DNA from: Octopus vulgaris
Lineage: Eukaryota
DNA length: 64,000 nt
NCBI GenBank assembly: GCA_951406725.2
Contig: OX597823.1
Location: 47,616,001 to 47,680,000 of the forward strand
Direction of reading: 5' to 3'
Below the pieces are notes generated by a model. That model was not told the origin of the DNA, searched no databases, and worked only from the letters and a program-made list of their open reading frames with translations. Numbering within the stretch: the stretch's first letter is position 1; each line of letters begins with the position of its first letter. Shown here one piece after another: positions 55,907 to 64,000 of the stretch. A program made the translations under genes and the position numbers.

Positions 55907-57235
55907 ATGAGCCGCCTCCATCAAGCGGAGGAGATGGAAGGGAGAATTTACTCTGAAATTTCGACGGAAGTATCGACATCTGAGGAGGAGTTGGCGGTGA
56001 AAAAGATGGAAGGCACCTACGCAGGTGTAACGAAGAAGTCAACGGAAAGAGAGATAGACTTGGCTAAGTTGGCGGGCCTCCAGGAGTTTGTGAAGGAGGA
56101 CGAGAACGGTGAAGTCGAGCTGCTGCATCCAGTAGGGCGCGGAGACTGGTTCCATCGTAGAACCATTAAATATAAAGTATTTATGAATGGAGGTAGAAAG
56201 ATGGAAGTAATCAACATGGAAGCAATTGAAGAGGCTCTCAAGCAGACAGGAGAGGAAATTGTGTACATGACAAAAGGATTACAATACGGAACGATAACGG
56301 TGCAATTTAAAAGCGAAAAAGCAGCCAGGAATGTAGCAGCCAAGGTGGTGAGTACAGAAAAGATTTACTTGTTACCCTCGTATCTGAATAGGCGGACAAC
56401 TAGAATTAGGGTGGAGGGAATACCTCCACACCTAGAGGGCGAATTAATAACGGCTGCGGTTATAAAAGGAAATGAAGATAAAGTGGACATCCTCCACGCC
56501 ATTATGAAGTATGAAGGCGTGAGAGGTGCCACACTAGTTATGAACGTTCAAACGGAGGCGGATGTTATAGAGAAGATTACGGACAGCATAAAGACTGGAA
56601 ATATTATTATGAGAGTGTGGGTGGAGGGTAGGGCGCCCAGGTGCTACAAGTGTGGCCAAAGGGGTCACATAAGAGCCTACTGCCCTCCCCCACCAAAGGA
56701 AAAAGAAAAGGAAAGCGTTGAGGAAGCCTCGGGAGAGGAAGAAAATAAACAGAAACAAACAGAGAAGGAAACGACAGAAGAAGAGGAGATGCAACAAGAG
56801 TGGAAAGAAGCGGGAACAAAGAGAAAAAGAAGGAAAAAGAAAAACTGTGCGAAGCCCCAACCCACCCCGACACCACCCATACCCTTGGAGTCCCATCCTT
56901 CCCCTGCAAACAGTAATTCCACCCACTCCCCGCCTACAAGAAGAATAAAAACAGACACACAGAGCAAAGAAAGTCCCAAGACCCATTTTTTATTTGTTAT
57001 ACATGGGAGAGACGTACAAAACGTTAAAAAACTGGTGTTAACCAAGTGGTACGAACACGAAGATTGGAGCTACACGGCTGTGGATGGTGATGATACGGGT
57101 ATATTGGCGACAAGGTTAGAGGAAGAGGGTGTGTGTTGGAAGACAGTGGAAATGAAAGATGAATGGATAGAGAGGGCTAAAAGAAAAACGAATGTTGTGA
57201 TGGTTAAAACAGGAATACTAATTGAAAATGGGTGA
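55907..57235 (+). CDS. Array copy 3 ORF1-like zinc-knuckle protein, 442 aa (intact)
   Basis: 1329-bp open frame from the conserved ATG (MSRLHQ) to TGA. Confidence 0.8.
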   Translation: MSRLHQAEEMEGRIYSEISTEVSTSEEELAVKKMEGTYAGVTKKSTEREIDLAKLAGLQEFVKEDENGEVELLHPVGRGDWFHRRTIKYKVFMNGGRKMEVINMEAIEEALKQTGEEIVYMTKGLQYGTITVQFKSEKAARNVAAKVVSTEKIYLLPSYLNRRTTRIRVEGIPPHLEGELITAAVIKGNEDKVDILHAIMKYEGVRGATLVMNVQTEADVIEKITDSIKTGNIIMRVWVEGRAPRCYKCGQRGHIRAYCPPPPKEKEKESVEEASGEEENKQKQTEKETTEEEEMQQEWKEAGTKRKRRKKKNCAKPQPTPTPPIPLESHPSPANSNSTHSPPTRRIKTDTQSKESPKTHFLFVIHGRDVQNVKKLVLTKWYEHEDWSYTAVDGDDTGILATRLEEEGVCWKTVEMKDEWIERAKRKTNVVMVKTGILIENG

Positions 57236-57578
57236 AGAAGGACAGATAAGTGATGCTGGCGGATGGGGCCGTCGGTATCGCTCTCATATATCATTTTCAT
57301 ATTCCATTTTGCTCATATATATGTAATTGTGATGTTCCATGTCCCCATGTCTTGTAATGTCCCCCTCTTCGTTGGCCCCTTGTGGGTAATAAAAAATCAC
57401 GTGGTTTTTCGGCTCTGTGTTTTTTGCTCTCTGTGAAATTCGGTAAAAAGAAAAAAGAACAAAAAGTGAATGGTTGTTGGTGTAAAATTTTGAACATAGT
57501 TGATGAGGTTTCGCGTCTCACTGGTTCTGCGCGTTACACTTTTTCGGTTCGGGAGGCCGTTTTCGGCCGGAGGCGACT

Positions 57579-58907
57579 ATGAGCCGCCTCCATCAAGCGG
57601 AGGAGATGGAAGGGAGAATTTACTCTGAAATTTCGACGGAAGTATCGACATCTGAGGAGGAGTTGGCGGTGAAAAAGATGGAAGGCACCTACGCAGGTGT
57701 AACGAAGAAGTCAACGGAAAGAGAGATAGACTTGGCTAAGTTGGCGGGCCTCCAGGAATTTGTGAAGGAGGACGAGAACGGTGAAGTTGAGCTGCTGCAT
57801 CCAGTAGGGTGCGGAGACTGGTTCCATCGTAGAACCATTAAATATAAAGTATTTATGAATGGAGGTAGAAAGATGGAAGTAATTAACATGGAAGCAATTG
57901 AAGAGGCTCTTAAGCAGACGGGAGAGGAAATTGTGTACATGACGAAAGGATTACAATACGGAACCATAACGGTGCAATTTAAAAGTGAAAAAGCAGCCAG
58001 GAATGTAGCAGCCAAGGTGGTGAGTACAGAAAAGATTTACTTGTTACCCTCGTATCTGAATAGGCGGACAACTAGAATTAGGGTGGAGGGAATACCTCCA
58101 CACCTAGAGGGCGAAGTAATAACGGCTGCGGTTATAAAAGGAAATGAGGATAAGGTGGACATCCTCCACGCCAGTATGAAGTATGAAGGCGTGAGAGGTG
58201 CCACACTGGTTATGAACATTCAAACGGAGGCGGATGTTATAGAGAAGATTACGGACAGCATAAAGACTGGAAATATTATTATGAGAGTGTGGGTGGAGGG
58301 TAGGGCGCCCAGGTGCTACAAGTGTGGCCAAAGGGGTCACATAAGAGCCTACTGCCCTCCCCCACCAAAGGAAAAAGAAAAGGAAAGCGTTGAGGAAGCC
58401 TCGGGAGAGGAAGAAAATAAACAGAAACAAACAGAGAAGGAAACGACAGAAGAAGAGGAGACGCAACAAGAGTGGAAAGAAGCGGGAACAAAGAGAAAAA
58501 GAAGGAAAAAGAAAAACTGTGCGAAGCCCCAACCCACCCCGACACCACCCATACCCTTGGAGTCCCATCCTTCCCCTGCAAACAGTAATTCCACCCACTC
58601 CCCGCCTACAAGAAAAATAAAAACAGACACACAGAGCAAAGAAAGTCCCAAGACCCATTTTTTATTTGTTATACATGGGAAAGACATACAAAACGTTAAA
58701 AAACTGGTGTTAACCAAGTGGTACGAACACGAAGATTGGAGCTACACGGTTGTGGATAGTGATGATACGGGTATATTGGCGACAAGGTTAGAGGAAGAGG
58801 GTGTGTGTTGGAAGTCAGTGAAAATGAAAGATGAATGGAGAGAGAGGGCTAAAAGAAAAACGAATGTTGTGATAGGTGAAACAGGAATACAAATTGGAAA
58901 TGGGTGA
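57579..58907 (+). CDS. Array copy 4 ORF1-like zinc-knuckle protein, 442 aa (intact, variant C-terminus)
   Basis: ORF track 57579..58907. C-terminus VVIGETGIQIGNG rather than VVMVKTGILIENG. Confidence 0.8.
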   Translation: MSRLHQAEEMEGRIYSEISTEVSTSEEELAVKKMEGTYAGVTKKSTEREIDLAKLAGLQEFVKEDENGEVELLHPVGCGDWFHRRTIKYKVFMNGGRKMEVINMEAIEEALKQTGEEIVYMTKGLQYGTITVQFKSEKAARNVAAKVVSTEKIYLLPSYLNRRTTRIRVEGIPPHLEGEVITAAVIKGNEDKVDILHASMKYEGVRGATLVMNIQTEADVIEKITDSIKTGNIIMRVWVEGRAPRCYKCGQRGHIRAYCPPPPKEKEKESVEEASGEEENKQKQTEKETTEEEETQQEWKEAGTKRKRRKKKNCAKPQPTPTPPIPLESHPSPANSNSTHSPPTRKIKTDTQSKESPKTHFLFVIHGKDIQNVKKLVLTKWYEHEDWSYTVVDSDDTGILATRLEEEGVCWKSVKMKDEWRERAKRKTNVVIGETGIQIGNG

Positions 58908-59251
58908 AGAAGGACAGACAAGTGATGCTGGCGGATGGGGCCGTCGGTATCACTCTCATATATCATTTTTCATATTCCATTTTGCTCATATATATGTAAT
59001 TGTGATGTTCCATGTCCCCATGTCTTGTAATGTCCCCCTCTTCGTTGGCCCCTTGTGGGTAATAAAAAATCACGTGGTTTTTCGGCTCTGTGTTTTTTGC
59101 TCTCTGTGAAATTCGGTAAAAAGAAAAAAGAACAAAAAGTGAATGGTTGTTGGTGTAAAATTTTGAACATAGTTGATGAGGTTTCGCGTCTCACTGGTTC
59201 TGCGCGTTACACTTTTTCGGTTCGGGAGGCCGTTTTCGGCCGGAGGCGACT

Positions 59252-60578
59252 ATGAGCCGCCTCCATCAAGCGGAGGAGATGGAAGGGAGAATTTACTCTG
59301 AAATTTCGACGGAAGTATCGACATCTGAGGAGGAGTTGGCGGTGAAAAAGATGGAAGGCACCTACGCAGGTGTAACGAAGAAGTCAACGGAAAGAGAGAT
59401 AGACTTGGCTAAGTTGGCGGGCCTCCAGGAATTTGTGAAGGAGGACGAGAACGGTGAAGTTGAGCTGCTGCATCCAGTAGGGTGCGGAGACTGGTTCCAT
59501 CGTAGAACCATTAAATATAAAGTATTTATGAATGGAGGTAGAAAGATGGAAGTAATTAACATGGAAGCAATTGAAGAGGCTCTTAAGCAGACGGGAGAGG
59601 AAATTGTGTACATGACGAAAGGATTACAATACGGAACCATAACGGTGCAATTTAAAAGTGAAAAAGCAGCCAGGAATGTAGCAGCCAAGGTGGTGAGTAC
59701 AGAAAAGATTTACTTGTTACCCTCGTATCTGAATAGGCGGACAACTAGAATTAGGGTGGAGGGAATACCTCCACACCTAGAGGGCGAAGTAATAACGGCT
59801 GCGGTTATAAAAGGAAATGAGGATAAGGTGGACATCCTCCACGCCAGTATGAAGTATGAAGGCGTGAGAGGTGCCACACTGGTTATGAACATTCAAACGG
59901 AGGCGGATGTTATAGAGAAGATTACGGACAGCATAAAGACTGGAAATATTATTATGAGAGTGTGGGTGGAGGGTAGGGCGCCCAGGTGCTACAAGTGTGG
60001 CCAAAGGGGTCACATAAGAGCCTACTGCCCTCCCCACCAAAGGAAAAAGAAAAGGAAAGCGTTGAGGAAGCCTCGGGAGAGGAAGAAAATAAACAGAAAC
60101 AAACAGAGAAGGAAACGACAGAAGAAGAGGAGACGCAACAAGAGTGGAAAGAAGCGGGAACAAAGAGAAAAAGAAGGAAAAAGAAAAACTGTGCGAAGCC
60201 CCAACCCACCCCGACACCACCCATACCCTTGAGTCCCATCCTTCCCCTGCAAACAGTAATTCCACCCACTCCCCGCCTACAAGAAAAATAAAAACAGACA
60301 CACAGAGCAAAGAAAGTCCCAAGACCCATTTTTTATTTGTTATACATGGGAAAGACATACAAAACGTTAAAAAACTGGTGTTAACCAAGTGGTACGAACA
60401 CGAAGATTGGAGCTACACGGTTGTGGATAGTGATGATACGGGTATATTGGCGACAAGGTTAGAGGAAGAGGGTGTGTGTTGGAAGTCAGTGAAAATGAAA
60501 GATGAATGGATAGAGAGGGCTAAAAGAAAAACGAATGTTGTGATAGGTGAAACAGGAATACAAATTGGAAATGGGTGA
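59252..60578 (+). pseudogene. Array copy 5 ORF1-like, two 1-bp deletions
   Basis: C4 instead of C5 at 60032-60035 and G instead of GG at 60231. Both lie in homopolymers. Confidence 0.7.
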
Positions 60579-60923
60579 AGAAGGACAGACAAGTGATGCT
60601 GGCGGATGGGGCCGTCGGTATCACTCTCATATATCATTTTTCATATTCCATTTTGCTCATATATATGTAATTGTGATGTTCCATGTCCCCATGTCTTGTA
60701 ATGTCCCCCTCTTCGTTGGCCCCTTGTGGGTAATAAAAAATCACGTGGTTTTTCGGCTCTGTGTTTTTTGCTCTCTGTGAAATTCGGTAAAAAGAAAAAA
60801 GAACAAAAAGTGAATGGTTGTTGGTGTAAAATTTTGAACATAGTTGATGAGGTTTCGCGTCTCACTGGTTCTGCGCGTTACACTTTTTCGGTTCGGGAGG
60901 CCGTTTCTCGGCCGGAGGCGACT

Positions 60924-62253
60924 ATGAGCCGCCTCCATCAAGCGGAGGAGATGGAAGGGAGAATTTACTCTGAAATTTCGACGGAAGTATCGACATCTGA
61001 GGAGGAGTTGGCGGTGAAAAAGATGGAAGGCACCTACGCAGGTGTAACGAAGAAGTCAACGGAAAGAGAGATAGACTTGGCTAAGTTGGCGGGCCTCCAG
61101 GAATTTGTGAAGGAGGACGAGAACGGTGAAGTTGAGCTGCTGCATCCAGTAGGGTGCGGAGACTGGTTCCATCGTAGAACCATTAAATATAAAGTATTTA
61201 TGAATGGAGGTAGAAAGATGGAAGTAATTAACATGGAAGCAATTGAAGAGGCTCTTAAGCAGACGGGAGAGGAAATTGTGTACATGACGAAAGGATTACA
61301 ATACGGAACCATAACGGTGCAATTTAAAAGTGAAAAAGCAGCCAGGAATGTAGCAGCCAAGGTGGTGAGTACAGAAAAGATTTACTTGTTACCCTCGTAT
61401 CTGAATAGGCGGACAACTAGAATTAGGGTGGAGGGAATACCTCCACACCTAGAGGGCGAAGTAATAACGGCTGCGGTTATAAAAGGAAATGAGGATAAGG
61501 TGGACATCCTCCACGCCAGTATGAAGTATGAAGGCGTGAGAGGTGCCACACTGGTTATGAACATTCAAACGGAGGCGGATGTTATAGAGAAGATTACGGA
61601 CAGCATAAAGACTGGAAATATTATTATGAGAGTGTGGGTGGAGGGTAGGGCGCCCAGGTGCTACAAGTGTGGCCAAAGGGGTCACATAAGAGCCTACTGC
61701 CCTCCCCCACCAAAGGAAAAAAGAAAAGGAAAGCGTTGAGGAAGCCTCGGGAGAGGAAGAAAATAAACAGAAACAAACAGAGAAGGAAACGACAGAAGAA
61801 GAGGAGATGCAACAAGAGTGGAAAGAAGCGGGAACAAAGAGAAAAAGAAGGAAAAAGAAAAACTGTGCGAAGCCCCAACCCACCCCGACACCACCCATAC
61901 CCTTGGAGTCCCATCCTTCCCCTGCAAACAGTAATACCACCCACTCCCCGCCTACAAGAAAAATAAAAACAGACACACAGAGCAAAGAAAGTCCCAAGAC
62001 CCATTTTTTATTTGTTATACATGGGAAAGACATACAAAACGTTAAAAAACTGGTGTTAACCAAGTGGTACGAACACGAAGATTGGAGCTACACGGTTGTG
62101 GATAGTGATGATACGGGTATATTGGCGACAAGGTTAGAGGAAGAGGGTGTGTGTTGGAAGTCAGTGAAAATGAAAGATGAATGGATAGAGAGGGCTAAAA
62201 GAAAAACGAATGTTGTGATAGGTGAAACAGGAATACAAATTGGAAATGGGTGA
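60924..62253 (+). pseudogene. Array copy 6 ORF1-like, +1 frameshift in the same A-run as copy 2
   Basis: A6 at 61717-61722. Confidence 0.7.
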
Positions 62254-62599
62254 AGAAGGACAGACAAGTGATGCTGGCGGATGGGGCCGTCGGTATCACT
62301 CTCATATATCATTTTTCATATTCCATTTTGCTCATATATATGTAATTGTGATGTTCCATGTCCCCATGTCTTGTAATGTCCCCCTCTTCGTTGGCCCCTT
62401 GTGGGTAATAAAAAATCACGTGGTTTTTTCGGCTCTGTGTTTTTTGCTCTCTGTGGAATTCGGTAAAAAGAAAAAAGAACAAAAAGTGAATGGTTGTTGG
62501 TGTAAAATTTTGAACATAGTTGATGAGGTTTCGCGTCTCACTGGTTCTGCGCGTTACACTTTTTCGGTTCGGGAGGCCGTTTCTCGGCCGGAGGCGACT

Positions 62600-63928
62600 A
62601 TGAGCCGCCTCCATCAAGCGGAGGAGATGGAAGGGAGAATTTACTCTGAAATTTCGACGGAAGTATCGACATCTGAGGAGGAGTTGGCGGTGAAAAAGAT
62701 GGAAGGCACCTACGCAGGTGTAACGAAGAAGTCAACGGAAAGAGAGATAGACTTGGCTAAGTTGGCGGGCCTCCAGGAATTTGTGAAGGAGGACGAGAAC
62801 GGTGAAGTTGAGCTGCTGCATCCAGTAGGGTGCGGAGACTGGTTCCATCGTAGAACCATTAAATATAAAGTATTTATGAATGGAGGTAGAAAGATGGAAG
62901 TAATTAACATGGAAGCAATTGAAGAGGCTCTTAAGCAGACGGGAGAGGAAATTGTGTACATGACGAAAGGATTACAATACGGAACCATAACGGTGCAATT
63001 TAAAAGTGAAAAAGCAGCCAGGAATGTAGCAGCCAAGGTGGTGAGTACAGAAAAGATTTACTTGTTACCCTCGTATCTGAATAGGCGGACAACTAGAATT
63101 AGGGTGGAGGGAATACCTCCACACCTAGAGGGCGAAGTAATAACGGCTGCGGTTATAAAAGGAAATGAGGATGAGGTGGACATCCTCCACGCCAGTATGA
63201 AGTATGAAGGCGTGAGAGGTGCCACACTGGTTATGAACATTCAAACGGAGACGGATGTTATAGAGAAGATTACGGACAGCATAAAGACTGGAAATATTAT
63301 TATGAGAGTGTGGGTGGAGGGTAGGGCGCCCAGGTGCTACAAGTGTGGCCAAAGGGGTCACATAAGAGCCTACTGCCCTCCCCCACCAAAGGAAAAAGAA
63401 AAGGAAAGCGTTGAGGAAGTCTCGGGAGAGGAAGAAAATAAACAGAAACAAACAGAGAAGGAAACGACAGAAGAAGAGGAGATGCAACAAGAGTGGAAAG
63501 AAGCGGGAACAAAGAGAAAAAGAAGGAAAAAGAAAAACTGTGCGAAGCCCCAACCCACCCCGACACCACCCATACCCTTGGAGTCCCATCCTTCCCCTGC
63601 AAACAGTAATTCCACCCACTCCCCGCCTACAAGAAGAATAAAAACAGACACACAGAGCAAAGAAAGTCCCAAGACCCATTTTTTATTTGTTATACATGGG
63701 AGAGACGTACAAAACGTTAAAAAACTGGTGTTAACCAAGTGGTACGAACACGAAGATTGGAGCTACACGGCTGTGGATGGTGATGATACGGGTATATTGG
63801 CGACAAGGTTAGAGGAAGAGGGTGTGTGTTGGAAGTCAGTGGAAATGAAAGATGAATGGATAGAGAGGGCTAAAAGAAAAACGAATGTTGTGATGGTTAA
63901 AACAGGAATACTAATTGAAAATGGGTGA
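62600..63928 (+). CDS. Array copy 7 ORF1-like zinc-knuckle protein, 442 aa (intact)
   Basis: 1329-bp open frame from the conserved ATG to TGA. Confidence 0.8.
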   Translation: MSRLHQAEEMEGRIYSEISTEVSTSEEELAVKKMEGTYAGVTKKSTEREIDLAKLAGLQEFVKEDENGEVELLHPVGCGDWFHRRTIKYKVFMNGGRKMEVINMEAIEEALKQTGEEIVYMTKGLQYGTITVQFKSEKAARNVAAKVVSTEKIYLLPSYLNRRTTRIRVEGIPPHLEGEVITAAVIKGNEDEVDILHASMKYEGVRGATLVMNIQTETDVIEKITDSIKTGNIIMRVWVEGRAPRCYKCGQRGHIRAYCPPPPKEKEKESVEEVSGEEENKQKQTEKETTEEEEMQQEWKEAGTKRKRRKKKNCAKPQPTPTPPIPLESHPSPANSNSTHSPPTRRIKTDTQSKESPKTHFLFVIHGRDVQNVKKLVLTKWYEHEDWSYTAVDGDDTGILATRLEEEGVCWKSVEMKDEWIERAKRKTNVVMVKTGILIENG

Positions 63929-64000
63929 AGAAGGACAGATAAGTGATGCTGGCGGATGGGGCCGTCGGTATCGCTCTCATATATCATTTTCATATTCCAT

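Larger units (their letters stand above)
52377..64000 (+). repeat. Head-to-tail tandem array of about 1,674-bp ORF1-only non-LTR-retroelement-like units (7 copies visible, last one cut by the window edge)
   Basis: The unit start ACGTGGTTTTT(T)CGGCTCTG recurs at 52377, 54051, 55726, 57399, 59072, 60743 and 62418 (periods 1671-1675 bp). Each unit has an approximately 180-bp leader, one ORF and an approximately 165-bp trailer ending GTGGGTAATAAAAAATC. Confidence 0.97.

Noticed and set aside
62222-63928. N-terminally extended 502/508/568-aa versions and a possible read-through polyprotein across the spacer
   Set aside because: The extensions depend on GTG starts and on T-run lengths that vary between junctions. 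In-frame stops follow the ORF in copy 1. The ATG of MSRLHQ is the only start shared by all copies.
52377-64000. HeT-A-like telomere-elongating array
   Set aside because: The ORF1-only head-to-tail layout is similar, but the polarity is wrong if the chromosome end lies to the right: HeT-A 3' ends face the interior, whereas here the 5' end abuts interior sequence. No telomeric repeats are visible.
52377-64000. Pure assembly artefact, or LTR-retrotransposon gag array
   Set aside because: Copies carry many linked, codon-position-biased substitutions that are unlike random read error, although the copy number still needs read support. There are no LTRs, PBS or protease, and the in-window homolog is a LINE ORF1.

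Overview
AT-rich, microsatellite-dense animal DNA. The SINE families and (TA)n/(CA)n density suggest an octopod cephalopod (inference). No host protein-coding exon could be identified, and almost all short ORFs in the track are microsatellite artefacts. Bases 1-52,376 are a mosaic of tRNA-type SINEs, non-autonomous Helitrons, MITEs, decayed LINEs (Tx1/L1, RTE, CR1-like), Penelope-like remnants and hammerhead-ribozyme motifs. The main feature starts at 52,377 and runs off the right edge: a head-to-tail array of at least 7 near-identical units of about 1,674 bp. Each unit carries one intronless 442-aa ORF with a CCHC zinc knuckle and no reverse transcriptase or endonuclease. By eye, the protein aligns with the ORF1 remnant of a decayed Tx1-like LINE at about 23.1-23.5 kb. 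Each unit ends in a 3' tail nearly identical to that of one SINE subfamily in this window. The best reading is an ORF1-only, non-autonomous retroelement or domesticated ORF1 gene amplified in tandem. The copies are recombinant mosaics: differences in the core are mostly synonymous, while those in the C-terminal domain are all non-synonymous. All alignments and counts were done by eye.
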